Assembly: GCF_964194155.1 (NCBI RefSeq)
Contig: NC_135892.1
Coordinates: 80,352,001 to 80,416,000, forward strand
Direction: 5' to 3'
DNA from: Cetorhinus maximus
Taxonomy: Eukaryota
Length of the DNA stretch: 64,000 bases
Shown: piece by piece, positions 36,944-50,589 of the stretch
How positions within the stretch are numbered: the first letter of the stretch is position 1
How the letters are laid out: every line of letters starts with the position of its first letter
Notes under the pieces: model-generated
The model's database searches: none
The model's input: only the letters and a program-made list of their open reading frames with translations
Told to the model about the DNA's origin: nothing
Translations under genes and position numbers: made by a program

Positions 36944-37275
36944 TGTCGGATCCTGGTCCTAGGTTTAGTAGGTCTAATGGATCCAGATTACACGCTTGTT
37001 TTGGGATGGCTGAGTTGGTACCATAGACAGATTAGATCAGCAGACAATTCTTATGTAAAACACGTTCTACTTATTTACAAAGGAACTCGGCAGCAATACA
37101 TGTGCTTACAGCTCAAACTCTGTCTCTACATTACAGACTCTAACTCTAGACTTCTTCTCCTTGCTACAAACTACTGACTACTGAGGAAGACCGCACTACT
37201 CTGTCATTGGATAAGATCAGGTGATCTTCCAGTATATATTCTTCTTAAAGGTATATTGCACATCAGATTACCACA
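36944..37275 (-). repeat. 3' LTR
   Basis: Direct repeat of 40666-41012. Confidence 0.95.
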
Positions 37276-37361
37276 TCCCTCCCCCTTTACTCAGGAATAC
37301 CTTTTACAGTTACTATTACAATTTTTCTCAAAATATCTAATTATTTACACAGATAAGCAAT

Positions 37362-40300
37362 TTACAAACACAGTCTTTCTGGGGGTTTCCTTATGCATGT
37401 AGAACATCCCAGCTCTACAGCTTCAGATGTTTTGTCAGGAACCTGCTTTCCTGGTGTTGTCCGAACATCAGGTTCTTCGGTGAGCACCTGAAAATCTGTT
37501 TCCTCGACTCTTGCAGGTACAGCCGATCCTTCAGACACATCTGTACTCAGCTGAGTTCTTTCAACATGAGATGTTGACGCAGTCGTGAACACTGGAGGAA
37601 TCATTTCCTGATACTTTGTTTCTCTTCTCCTTATATGGTCTACATCTCCATAAGATTCGGTCTTCCACTTTTACGTGGTAAGAAAGAGGTCCAGTCATTG
37701 CACTTATTTTACCTAATAACAATTTAGGTCCTTCACCAAAATTTTTCACATATACCATCTCTCCTATGGTAAACTTTCTGTCATGACCACGACAGTGATG
37801 TCCAATTTTCTGACTTCCCTGACTCCTTTCTATCTTCTCCCTTAAGTTTGGAGCTACTAAGCTCAATCTCGTTCTGAGACGACGTTTCATCAGCAATTCC
37901 GCATGTTGTCATATGAGGGGTGGTCCTATAATGGAAAAGAAGGTGTGCTAGCTTGGTCGCAATGGAGTCTCCTGTTAATTTCTTCATATCATTTTTGAAT
38001 GTTTGAACTGCTCGCTCAGCCAGTCCATTCGAAAAAGGGTGGTACGGTGAAGTTTTCACATGAGTGATAACATGAGTTATCGTTGAGGCTGATAAACCAT
38101 TGAAACTCAGCTGTTATCTGATACAACCACTTCTGGTAGCCTGTTGATAGCAAAACTTTGATGTAGTTTGTCAAGTGTCACAGAAGACATTGGTGACTTC
38201 ACCTCATATATGTCCATCCATTTTGAGTGAACGTCAATAATAAGGAGAAACATTGTTCCCATAAAAGGTCCCACATAGTCAATATGCAATCGTACCCATG
38301 GCCTTCCTGGCCACTCCCAAGGGTGTAACAAAGCTGCTGGAGGTAACTTATGCACTTGCTGACACTACATCCAACTTCTCTCTAAGCTCTCTATTCCTCC
38401 ATCCATTCCCGGCCACCATAAGTAGCTGCATGCTATGGCCTTCATTTGAGAAATACTTGGATGTGCACTATGTAGTCCAGTTAACAATGGCTTTTGTCTT
38501 TTTGGAGGAACAATCACTCAAGCTTCCCACCATAAGATACCATCCTAGCTGGTTATCTCATTTCTTCTGTGAAAATATGGTTTCATTTCGTCAGATTCCT
38601 GTTCTTGTAACTAACCGTGAAGAACTTGTTCTCGCACTTTGGATAAGACTGGGTCTCGACTTGTCTAATCTCTATTCTCACTAGCACATACCAGTGATGA
38701 GTCTAAGAAGTTCAATAATAAAACGAGTTATTGAGGAACTGGAACATCCTCATCGTTTTATTTCAAAGGCAAACGACGAAGTGCATCAGCGTTTGCAATC
38801 TGATTTCCAGGCCTGTGAATGAAAGTATACTCATACGCTGCCAGAATCAATGCCCATCTCTGTTCTTGCTGGGGCTATGGGTGGTATAGCTTTGTCCTCG
38901 CTGAACAATCCTAGCAAAGGTTCGTGGTCCGAAACGATAGTAAAATGATGACCGTGTACATACTGGTGAAATTTCTTAACACCAAAGATGATTGACAAGC
39001 CTTCTTTTTCTACCTGTGAGTATCCCTTTTCTGCTGTGTTGAATGTTCTTGATACATATCCAATATGGCTTTCTGATCCATCATCCATTCAATGGGAGAG
39101 CACTGCTCCCACTCCATAAGGTGATGTGTCACATGACAAAACTAAATCTCTTCTTTGGTCAAAATGTACTAATAGGGTGGAAGAGTATAACAGTTGTTTC
39201 ACCTTTGTGAAAGCTTCTTTCTGTGGTGTTTGCCAAGACCAACATTGGTTTTTCTTGAGTAGGTAATACAGGGGTGCTAGTTCTGTAGACAAATTAGGCA
39301 AGAAGCGTCCATAGTAATTGATCAACCCATTTTAGCTGGTTTTAGCTCGGAGGTTTTCCTTGGCACCGGTGCCCCTCACCTGCTACCACCATCAAGGGTA
39401 ATTTTACTGATTGACTTCCGCACTGTACAGTAACCCTGCTTATACCTTTGATTTTGATGTATTCTCCCATGTAAGTTCTCAATTTGGCACCTGTTCCTTC
39501 CAAATTTAATTTACATTCTCCATAATTCAGGTATTTGAAGGTGTGCTCACCTACTACAGTAGTGAAAGCTCCTGTATCCACCTCCATTCTGATAGGCCTA
39601 TCATTCATTACATTGATTGGTTCTGTTCTTCCTACCTTTAAATTATACAATGAGTAAATATCAGAATCTGTTACTTCAGGCTCTTCGATGTTGTGGATCT
39701 CACAGGGTTTTACCTTTTGATTGAAAATCTGCCTGATTCTATCCTTGCAATGTCTCATGGGGTGTCCGTTCCAATGACAGTAAAAACATTCAATGTTTTT
39801 AAATTTCCATTCATTACAAGGTTGTCTGCTTCCACTTCTGTTACCATTCTTCCATGTTTTAGCTGCTAAGTCATTTCCTTTTATTTGTCTGCAAGCGGTG
39901 TCTGCTTCCCGCTTCTCATCAGAGCTGTGCATTTTAGCTGGGGCTCCCCGCCCAACGTGGAGTACAGCGCCATTTTGCGCTCCCTGTATAGTTTCCAAGT
40001 TCCTCACTGTGCTTTCCATGGCCAGTGCTATTTCTAGTGCCATCTGAAAATCCAAATTTGTTTCAGGCAGTAATCTCTTCTGAATTGCATCTTCATTTAT
40101 ACCGCACACCAAACAATCTCTAAGCATATCATTTACAGATGTACTGAACTCGCAATATTCTGTTAACCGTTTCAGACTTGCCACGTAACAAGCAACTATC
40201 CCCCCTGGGGCTGTATTTCTTGAATTAAATTTGAACCATTGTACAGTTACTCAGGGCTTGGGCTGGTAGTGACTCTTCACAAGGTTCACTAAGTCATCAA

Positions 40301-40505
40301 AAATTTTCGGATCTGGGTCAGTGGGGTGCCGTCAAACTTCGAATCAAGTCATAGGTCTTACTCCCACACATGGATAAGAGGATCATGCGCCTCCTCTCCT
40401 CTTCCACAATGTCGCTAGCTTGGAAAAAGAACATGAAGCGTTCAACATAATGAGACCAATCATCCACAGTTTGGTCAAAAGAATCAACTATTCCAAACTG
40501 CGGCT
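37362..40505 (-). pseudogene. Gypsy gag-pol pseudogene (gag CCHC, protease, RNase H, integrase)
   Basis: LRDCLVCGINEDAIQKRLL, CFYCHWNGHPMRHC, MEVDTGA, SCDTSPYGVGAVLSH, YSQVEKEGLSIIFGVKKFHQY, HPWEWPGRPWVRLHIDY, SPYHPFSNGLAERAVQTFK. Confidence 0.93.
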
Positions 40506-40665
40506 TGCGTTGAGGGGATTGTTTTGACGATTAGGACGGAAATTCAACTTACAATTACCCTGCAAGCTCTGGCCCGCTTTCGGTTTACATGATTCCCTTC
40601 CCTACTTTTCTTGCTTTTTTCTCGTCCTTCCTTGCTTTTCTTTGCTTTATCTTTCATCGCCAGTT

Positions 40666-41012
40666 TGTTGGATCCTGGTCCTTAGTTTAGTAGGTCTAAT
40701 GGAGCCGGGTTGCACGCTTGTTCCGGGATGACTGAGTTGGCACCGTAGACAGAGTAGATCAGCAGACAGTTCTCATGTAGACCACATTCTATGTATTTAC
40801 AAAGGAACTCAGCAGCAACACTTATGCGCTTACAACTCAAACTCTGTCTCTACACTACAGACTCTAACTCTAGACTTCTTTTTCGGACTACAGACTAACT
40901 GACTACTGAGGAAGCCTGTGCTACTCAGTCATTGGATTCATTGGATAATAAGATCATGTGATCTTCCATTATACATTCTTCTTAAAGGTATATTACACAT
41001 CAGATTACTACA
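40666..41012 (-). repeat. 5' LTR
   Basis: Direct repeat of 36944-37275, adjacent to the PBS. Confidence 0.95.
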
Positions 41013-42409
41013 ACCTGTATTTCCAAGTTCAGGCCATTTCAATAGCCAGAACACTTGCCCAGCTCAGGAACACCAAATGCGCCTAGAAGGGGGAAAGTAA
41101 ATCATTGTTGCAGGCTTCTTAGCTCTCCAGGCAGCGTGGAGGGAAAAAAATAAAGCAACCAGACCTAGTTCCCACTTCCTTCTCAAAACCTTTGATTTGA
41201 GAAAGCTGGGCACATTCAGTAAGCTTCAATATCAGTGGATGATCCACCATTGGTACCTCTGTTAAGCAATAACACAGGAAAATAAGATGGAAGGTGTTGT
41301 GACATCACTGGCACTCATTCTCATATTTCTTCAATTCCATGAGTGTAGGCAGAGGACAATCGGACCTCGTATGGTCAAGCAATACAAAGCACTAATCAAC
41401 AAAGCAATTATAACCAAAGCTGTAGAGTGTAGACGGAGGAATATAAGATAGTATCTTTATACAGAAAGTAAATTTGGAACACTTCCTGAAAGCAAACCAT
41501 GACACTACGATAAGAGGGCAAAAGTTTGAATTGCTAAAAAATAAAGGGCTAATGCCTGGAAGTTCTTCTTTAGACAAAGAACGACGAACACACAAGTGGA
41601 CTTACACAGAAAAGCTTGGCAAAAGAATTTAAGAAGCACTTGGATGCTATGAAAAGTAGGGTGTAGGGTATTCTGAATGGATGAACAAATATGGATTGAA
41701 TAGGCTTTCTTATCTGAATCTGTGATTTTCTTGTGATTTTCTGATCTTGTAATCAGCAATGTTTGAGAACTAAACCTGCAGAGTCAAAATGCCAATCTCA
41801 ATTTGGAGCATGATATCTGATCACTTAATGCTTAGAAAACCAAGAATTTCAGATTTTATGGTTAAAAGATAGTTTAGAGAACAATGGCATGACAAATGGC
41901 TTACCAGCCATTAAGAGCAACTGATGCATTCAGAGATTGTCAAAAAGTTGCTCCTGCTTCAGTAAATTGAGAAGCTGCATTACTTAGGAAAAAGAGTAGG
42001 GAGAAAAAAGATGACCTGACAAATAGATTCAAAGAAATTCCTATATGATGATCAGTCTGCACGGTGAATGAATACTTTCATACAGGATAGAAGGTAGAAT
42101 GCTGGGATACCTACAGCCAAAACATTATGAATATGAAGACACCGTTGAATTCTTTGCATTACAGTTGTGAAAATACAATACAAAGTTTAAACCCTTTATT
42201 CACAATGAAATACCGAAATGTTGTCAAGGCAAGAAGCTATTAAAGATCAATTGGTCATCTTTCATATGCAACTGCATGCAGCTTGATCATCTGATATGAG
42301 GAGACTTTGATCATCTGTTGGAGAGATTTTCATTTTCCTTTGAAATTGATAAGGAGATATTAAAGTAAGTATGGAACAGGTTAGAAAACAGTTGCACCTT
42401 TTTGTAAAA

Positions 42410-44270
42410 TTTATTCATTCATGGGATATGGCAAGGTCAGCGTTTATTGACAATTCCTAATGTCCCCTGAAACGATGGTGGTGACCTGCATCTTGAACTG
42501 CTGCAGCCCATGTGGTGCAGGTACTCCTTCAGTGCTGTTAGGTAAAGAGTTCTAGGATTTTGACCCAGCAATGATGAAGGAACAATGATATTCATTCAAG
42601 TTATGTGGTGTCTGACTTGAAGGGGATCTTGCAGGCGGTGGTGTTCTCATCCATCTGCTGCCTTGTCCTTCTAGCTGGTAGAGATCACAGGTTTGGGAGA
42701 GGCTTTTGAAGAAACTTTGGTAAGGTGCCACAATGCATCTTATAGATGTTACACCCTGCAGCCATGTTGCACTTGTGGTGGATGGAATAAATCTTTAAAT
42801 TGTTGGATGTAATGCCTATCAAGCGGTTTGTTTCATCCTTAATAGTGTTGAGTTTTTTGATCCTTATTAAAGCTGAACTCACTCATGTAAGTGCGCCACA
42901 CTCCTCACTTATGCCTATAGTAGGTAGTGGAAAGAATATAAGAAATAGGAGCAGAAATAGACCATTTGGCCTCTCTAACTTGTTCCATCATCCACTACGA
43001 TTATGGCTGATCTTCTACCTCAAATCTGTTTTCCTGCCAATTCCCCATATCCCTTGATTCCCTTAGAGATTGGATATCTATTGATCTCAGTCTTGAGTAT
43101 ACTCAATGCTGGAGCATACACAACCCTCTGGGATAAAGAATTCCAAAGATTCACAACCCTCTGAATGAAGAAATTTTACCTAATCTCAGTCCTAAATAAC
43201 CAATGCCTTATCCTGAGACTATCCTTGTGTTCTAGATTCCTCAGTCAAGGGAAACAACCTCTCAGTGTCTATTATGTTAAGCTCTTTCAAAATCCTGTAT
43301 GTTTCAATGAGATCGCCTCTCATTCTCCTTAACCTCCAGGGAGTATAGGTCCAATTCAGCCTTTCATCAAGTGACAACCCTCTCATCCCAAGAACTAATC
43401 TGGTGAAGCTTCACTGTGTCACTTCTGAAACAAGTATATCCTTCCTTAAATATGGAGACCAAAACTGTGTACAGTACCCCAAATGTGGTTTCACCAAAGT
43501 CCTATACAATTGTAGCATGACTTCTTTATTCTTATACTCCAAGCACCTTGCAATAAAGGCCAACATGCCCATTTACCTACCTAATTTCTTGCTATAACTA
43601 CCTGCTAACTTTCTCAGTCCCTTGTATGAATACACCCAAGTCTTTTTGGACATCAAATTTAAAAATCTCACAACTTTTAAAATATGATGTTTTTTTCTAT
43701 TTTTATTACAAAAATGAATAACCTCACACTTCCCCACATTATACCCCATCTGCTACCATGTTGCCCACTCAATTAACTAAAGTCTTTAGGGAGTCAACAG
43801 GTGAATTATTCAGGCATAAATTTCAACCTCTGTCCTGCAGTTGTAACTACAGTGTTTATGTGGCAGGTCTAGTTAAGTTTCTGGTCAGTGTTGGCCTCAG
43901 GATGTTGATGGTGGGGGTTTGATGATGGCTAGGCCATTGAATGTCAAAGGGAGGTGGGGAATCTCCCACTTGCTGGAGATAATCATTGCCTGGCACTTAT
44001 GTGCTGTGAATGTTACTTGCCGCTTTTCAGCCCAAGCCTGAAAGTTGTCTAGGTCTTGCCGTATGGGATCAGGAGCTGTTTCTTTACCTGACGAAATACA
44101 AATTGAACTGAACACCATGCAATCATCAGTGAACATTCATACTTCTGACCTAATGATGGAGATAAGGTCATTGATGAAGCAATTTAAAATGGTGGGATTA
44201 GTGCACTGCCCTGAGGAATTCCTGCAGCAAATTCCTGGGGCTGAGATGATTGGCCTCCAACAACTACAAC
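42410..44270 (-). mobile_element. Older L2/CR1-group LINE (RT region to 3' tail), split by a CR1 insertion
   Basis: GIPQGSAL, MFTDDC (RT FADD-like), LDNFQAWAEKRQVTF...KCQAM; tail at ~42410-42450 like 7440-7505. Confidence 0.8.
42931..43778 (-). mobile_element. CR1 LINE 3' fragment nested in the L2-like LINE
   Basis: Tail aagaatataagaa; minus strand LYRTLVKPHLGYCTQFWSPYLRKDI..., RGDLIETYRIL. Confidence 0.85.
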
Positions 44271-44732
44271 CTGATATAAATATGTTACTTCAAAATTGCT
44301 CAAACAAAAGACAACGCAGCTTTTTAGGAGGTTAATGAGAGTTATTATAATGCATCTTAGACTAGACCTATTCATCAACACATAAATCCCCTTATTGGTA
44401 TTACAGCAAAGCTGCTAACAGGACATTCAGTTCTGGATACAGGAGACATTATTGCTATAATGAGCTGTGTATTGGGTTTAGATTGAGCTGTGAGTATTAA
44501 TCCATTGTTTCTTCTGAGCATGGTCAATGGGAGAGGACCAGGAACATTTGTGTCACATCTTTGAGTAGTTCCCGCCAGCACTTGGTTGTAACACTGAAAC
44601 AGGAATACCGGGCAGCAGTACTCCTCCCTCCCAATCCTTAGCCATAGAGATCAAAAGCAGACTCAACTTCATTTGTAAGGCATAGAAGGCATTAAAGGAA
44701 GGGAAAGTTGTGATCTATTTTTGTCCCTTTCC

Positions 44733-45025
44733 ACTGTTTAAAAATAAGGGGTCGCCCATTTACACAGAGATGAGGTGAAATTTTTTCACTCAGGTGGTCG
44801 TGAGTTTTTGGAACTCTCTTCCTGAAAAGGAGGTGGAAGCAGAGTCTGAATATTTTTAAAGCAGAGGTGGATAGATCTTTGGTAATCAAAGGGATTGATA
44901 AGTTATCGGGGACGGGTGGGATGCAGATTTCAGGTTACTATCAGATCAGCCATGATCTTATTAAATGGCAGAGCAGGCTCGAGGGGCTGAATGGCCTAGT
45001 CTTGCTCCTTGTTCATATGTTCATA
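44733..45025 (+). mobile_element. CR1 LINE 3' fragment
   Basis: EMR.NFFTQ.VV..WNSLPEK.VEA..LNIFKAEVDRSL; tail ttcatatgttcat. Confidence 0.8.
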
Positions 45026-47524
45026 ATTGCTAAAGAGATACCTGCTTGTGGCATAAACACATATGTAAATGAAATTCACATATAAATGGGAAAGAGTTTG
45101 GCAAAAATGTACAATCTATAACAAAGCTTTTAATAGTCATTTGAATTTACAGCTTTGTTATCCCAGAGAAGCTCATTTAAATATATGTACTGAAATGCCA
45201 ACAGATGTACCTGAAAAATATGGTCAATGTTCACCCTTTTTAGAGGAAATGAAAAGGATATTTTGTTACACATTCCTTGATGATTGTGACAATAAATCTT
45301 TTCCACTATAGATGAGAACAGATTAAATATTTTTGAATATCAAAGAACAGAAGCTCAAACTGTGTTCCTGCTGGCAGAGATGGTAAATTTACTATTTAGT
45401 GTAGTACTGAAAGTCAGGTAGATCCCAGTTTTCATCCCAAATTTATGCTGGGTTATCTGGTCTTGATTGAAATGACAGTGAGGGGTACCACAGTTGGCTT
45501 CAACACCTCTAGGCTAGGGAGAAGAAAGAAATTACCAAGTGTTCTTGCTCCTGATGGTTCTTCAGTGACTCTAGTTGGAAAGTGTTTGGGTGTGGCTGTT
45601 GGATGAGTAAAGGATCAAGCTAACTGCACTGTCGTTGCTGTAAACATTTGTGATTTGGCTCATATATGTGAGCTGCGATACAGGGTGACCAGCTGCACCG
45701 CACATCAATAAAAACACTGAAAGATTTCATCTGAATTAAATATTGTAACCACAGCCTACCTTAAGGCATCGATTGCATAACTAGTTCTCTGCAGACACTG
45801 AGACTCACTTAATCTGTGTGTGATGACGTTGGAGATTCAGGCTTGATGCCAAGTCTCTGGACTTATCGAGATGCAATCTGATTGACCAACACACAGATTT
45901 AGTACAAGAAATCTCCATCTTTTGCAAGTTTAATCTTCGGAATGCTATAGACGTGGAGAATCCAAAACTTCTGCTTTCCTCTTTCAAAGCTCTTTCCTTT
46001 TGAGGATTTTTTGTTGTTGCATATTTTGAAGAATTTCCCTCTAGCTTTTGTGGCTTCTGGTGTTTTCAGCCTGCCTCTAATCTTTGTTCTGTTTAGTTTC
46101 ACACTGACAGAGTTTCCTAGGCATGAAAAAAATTCCATCTGCTCTTCCTTCCCCCAGTGTGATTTGTGCTTATTCCAATTTGGCTGATGCAAAATCTTTG
46201 GGTAAGATGTGTTTCCTCTACCATATCTTTGAGTCATTCTTGTACAGATTTACTGTTGTAGAATACAATATAGTGCAATGAATCTGGGAAAGGAAAAATA
46301 ACATGCAACTAGAAATACAGATCACTATTGAACTATGATTTTAAAGCCCCCGCTATTCCTATCACAGACACTGTCAAATTTTCTGCTTGTAGTACAGCTT
46401 CAAGCTTCAATTGCACATATTATAAAGTAAACAAAATACCTAGATCAACACACAATAAATATCAAATTATATTGAAAATGTTGTTAATATAATAAATTCA
46501 TGACTTTTTTTACATACAAAATATTTCACTGTTCGGGTTGCACTAGAATGCATAACTTCATTTCAGTGGTACATTTATTACCCAATGGGGAATTTCATGA
46601 GTTATAATGTGAGTCCATTTCAAGTTTGCACAACTGCTAAACAGGACCAGAATACTTTGGAGTTCTTCCTAAAACAAGGTCATTGTCATTTTAGTTACTG
46701 TTGAAGTTTAGGTTTTTGGCACTGTTCTACTTTTGCACTGAATATCTTACACACTTTTGTTTCCTTCTACATTTCTGCCATTTTTCTGAAGCCATCACTA
46801 TTCTTCCAGGCTACTGCCTGCAGGGGATATACACTGGGTAAGTCAAAGTGCAATTCATATCCATATAAAGTAAACAACTATATTCATGTTTGCCAAAGGA
46901 AACACCAGTTATCATTTTTCCAGTGGAATGGAGTCATTTGTTCAGGGGATAATGTATTTTTACCACCAGACAGGGTTGCTGAAAGTCCAAGATATTACAG
47001 GTGAAATGCTCTAGTCTGCAGTGCTCCGCACACCAACCTAAATGCATAGAGGAAAAGGAATACAATTCCATATACCTTCAGGCGGTTTCATATAACAGCA
47101 CTGTGATTTCATAAGTTAATTCACATTTTTCAATAAACAACCACAATCCTTTAACTGTGAAACAGTCCATTTGCTTGCATTATTTGAAGTCCTGAGAGAA
47201 TAGACAGATGGCTTTTTGGAGAGCAGGACTACTTTTTGCAGCCATGGCTGATATAGTCCGATTGCTGCCCAATTAGACAGCAAAGTAATATGTACAATGC
47301 CACCACCTGAAGTAGTATGAGTCATAGCATGAGGAGGTTGATGTATAAGCTTTGTTATTTGAGCTGCTCGGGCAGGGGTTCTCCGCCATAGTCTAGCCAA
47401 AGTCTTAATTTCATCACTGCTGTGGTTGTGCATGTTATAGATCACACAGGGAGTCCAAGTTGCTGTGGCAACATACATTTTTATATGCGTGTTGTAGTCT
47501 GGAGCTATGGATGGTATGGGTTGC

Positions 47525-47702
47525 AACTTTCTTTTCATCGCATGGCTGACCAGGAATCTTTCCCACTGCTTGCAGGTTGATAATAAACCCCTTTGACTGC
47601 ATTATGAACACACCTTCCTTGGCCATCAAATCCTGGGGTGGAACTCAAACACAGAGCTTATGACTCAGAGGCAGAGACACTAGCCTCTGCATCACAGGAC
47701 CC
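47525..47702 (-). mobile_element. tRNA-derived SINE, degenerate
   Basis: Minus head ggtcctgtgatgcagagg (A box-like) ... gtgtttgagttcc (B box-like). Confidence 0.6.
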
Positions 47703-49119
47703 CCCATCACCATTGTAGCCTGCACAATATTGCCATCCAAGAAGGAGTGAGCAGGCAACAAAATGGCAAGGATCCCTGTGGGGCGGCCACCATAGAAAGA
47801 GGATTCAGGAAGATGAAAAAGACATAAGTGAGTCCAAGATAATGCCTTCAAAGGGAGGCAAGGTCATAAGGCATTTTACAGTCCAATTTCTACACTGGTT
47901 ACACTATACCATAACTTTGGTGGGAAGCAGAGCGAAATAGGTCGGAGAGCTATCATGGCAGCTCCCTGTCATCCAATGCCACTTCTATGACATCCCACCC
48001 AATAGTCCATTGGGGAATATAATACTTCCAGTGAAATTTGAGCAGGCCTATTATAAGCAAGTAACAGGGTGGCTTATTTCCTACATTTGCCCTTGAGCAA
48101 TGCTGGCTGCAAGAAATCTTGATGCAGCCCTGGTTTCAATGTAGCTATGAGCTGTAGGTTTTATTAAAATTTTAACAGGTTACTAATGTAATTAATCATA
48201 GAACAATTAAGTGCCTCAGTCAAAGTAGCAAACTTAAAAATTTAAACCTAAATAAAGGCTTAATTTTAAATAAGCACTGCCAGCCATGCTATGCTGCGCC
48301 TACAATTGCCTCCCCTGAACCTAAGGGGGCATTCCAGCAGTGCTATAAATTAACCCAGTGCCTGTTTCCATAGGTAAATTATCCTGACCCCAGGAAATTG
48401 GAAAGAATAGAGACACAAGGAAGCGGCAAGTGGAAATTCTGTTCTGATAAAAATGCATGGCGTTGCAGCTGAAGAGGAAAATTGGCCCATGAGTATGTCA
48501 TGCACCTACTTAGCAAGCGTGGCCCCAGTGGGGAAGAATGAAAAAGTACGTTGGGAAGTAAATGGGGATCACAACCGCTAAGCAATCGGTTTTAGTTAGC
48601 TGGAAAATTAGCCAATTCATTATATTTAATTATTGCAAATGTGGAGTTCCCTAGTGGTAAAAAGAATTTTAAACATCAGATAAATGGCATATGCAGAAAT
48701 AGATCTAATCTGATTAAAATGTAGGAAATAATGAAATGGATTTTACAAATCTGCCTATTCGACAAGAGGTTTTTCATTAGGAACATAAATTCTATCTTAA
48801 CGTTGTGTGATCAGGAAAGGATATGAACATTTTTTTAAATGGTCACATAAATCTGAAGGCTAAAGAAAGCACTGCTCAAAAGTAGTTAGTAAAGTAATTA
48901 ATTGCATAGCCTGTTCAGCATAAATATATAGTAGCACGAAAATAAGTGCACTGAGTAAGCAAAATCTCACAACACAGTTTTGAGTGGAATAACATATAGA
49001 TTTCACTCTGAAAGTTTATATCATAAATTTAATCATATAAGAATAAAATTTGTGCACCTACTCCCAGGGAACCAATAGAAGGAGACATTAGGCTGACACG
49101 AACAACATAATAACTCATG

Positions 49120-49793
49120 GGGCAGAATTTTGAGGTCATCGGGCAGGCAGGCCCGAGAGCGGCCGGGGAACGGTTCACTCCCCGTGACCAGCCCCTGACC
49201 ACCAATTCACGCTGGCTGGCCAATTAACGGCCAGCCAGGTGAAATACGCGCTGAAAAGCTCAGCATTGCCGGGATGGGGGCAGGAGGAGTGCAAGCCGTA
49301 AAGTCTGCACATGCATGGGGGAGCACGCACTGAAAGCTCCCTGAGGGCACAGAGCTGCCTCAGGGAGCTGAAGAATTGGACATACACAAATAAAAGATTT
49401 TAGAAATGATATAAACATGTCCCCACATGTGACTCAGTCACATGAAGAGGGACATGTTAAAAAGGATGTTAAAAATTTTTTATTGGATTTTTATTTACTG
49501 TTGGAAACCTCATCCTGTCCGCGGATGAGCTTTCGTGAAAAATGCAAAGGCTACCTGGCCAATTCGCCCAGTTAAACCGGGAGCAAAAAACAGAAATAAA
49601 TTAATTGACTAAGGGCCTTGATAGGCCTCTTAATTGTTAGCAGGCAAGCTGCTGACTTCTGTGCACGCCTGCCGACCAAAATATCGTGCAAGTGCGCAAT
49701 GACGTCGGATTTGCACGCCTGACCTCATCGCGCGTTATTTTATGCCCGAGCGGGTCAAGCGTGCACCCACCCATGGAACGTAAAATTCAGCCC
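49120..49793 (-). mobile_element. Harbinger family A-derived MITE (674 bp)
   Basis: TIR gggcagaatttt / aaaattcagccc, TSD ATG; ends homologous to the ends of 9512-14017. Confidence 0.9.
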
Positions 49794-49942
49794 ATGTTGT
49801 TAGGCACAAGAATAAATCATTTAGCCTCTCAAGCCTGTTCCTTCATTCAATGAAATCATGGCTGATCCTCCATCTGCAGTGGCTAGCTCAACATCCTCGA
49901 CTAAATTAACCTACCGCACACAAACTCCAGAAATTTCACATG

Positions 49943-50589
49943 GGCCAGAATTTTTTGGTCAGCGTGCGGGCATGCGCCCGACACGCTTGAGCGTAAAATG
50001 ACGCACGATGACTTCAGGCGAGCGTTCTGGCGTCATCGCGCACTAGTGTGATATTTTGGTTGGCGGGTGCATGCAGGAGTTGACAACACGGCTGCCAACA
50101 ATTAATGGGCCTATTAACCCATTAAAGTAATAATTAAATGAAATTTTTCGGTGAATCGGCCAGACGGTCTTTGGATTTTTTATGAAATCTCATCCCCGGG
50201 CAGGATGAGGTTTCCAACAGGAATTAAAAATGTTTAAATCTCATTTATAACATGTCCTTGTTCATGTGACAAACTCACATGAGGGGACATGTTTACCTTA
50301 TCTTTTAAATCTTTATTTGCAATGTTATAAATCTTCAGCTCCCTGAGGCAGCTCTGTGCCTTCAGGGGGCTTTCAGTGTGCACATCCGCGCGCTGGTGGA
50401 AATTTTCGCGCTCGCCCTCCCCCCACCCCGACCCTGGCAGCGCTACAGCACGCGATTCACGCTCGCTGGCCTTCAATTGGCCAGCCAGCACGAAATCGGG
50501 TTCGGGGCCCGATCGCGGACAGTGGCCGGGTTGGCAGCTGCTCCCAGGCCCGCCTGCCGCACCCACCCAACCAGGTAAAAATCCTCCCC
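49943..50589 (+). mobile_element. Second copy of the same MITE, opposite orientation
   Basis: TIR ggccagaatttt / aaaatcctcccc; reverse-complement homolog of 49120-49793. Confidence 0.88.

Larger units (their letters stand above)
36944..41012 (-). mobile_element. Ty3/Gypsy LTR retrotransposon (Mag/K02A2.6-like), both LTRs present, decayed, RT core deleted
   Basis: TG...CA LTRs, 5-bp TSD ACCTG (36939-36943, 41013-41017), PBS tggcgatga (~40655-40663, tRNA-Ser(GCT)-like), PPT agtaaagggggaggga (37276-37291). Confidence 0.95.
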
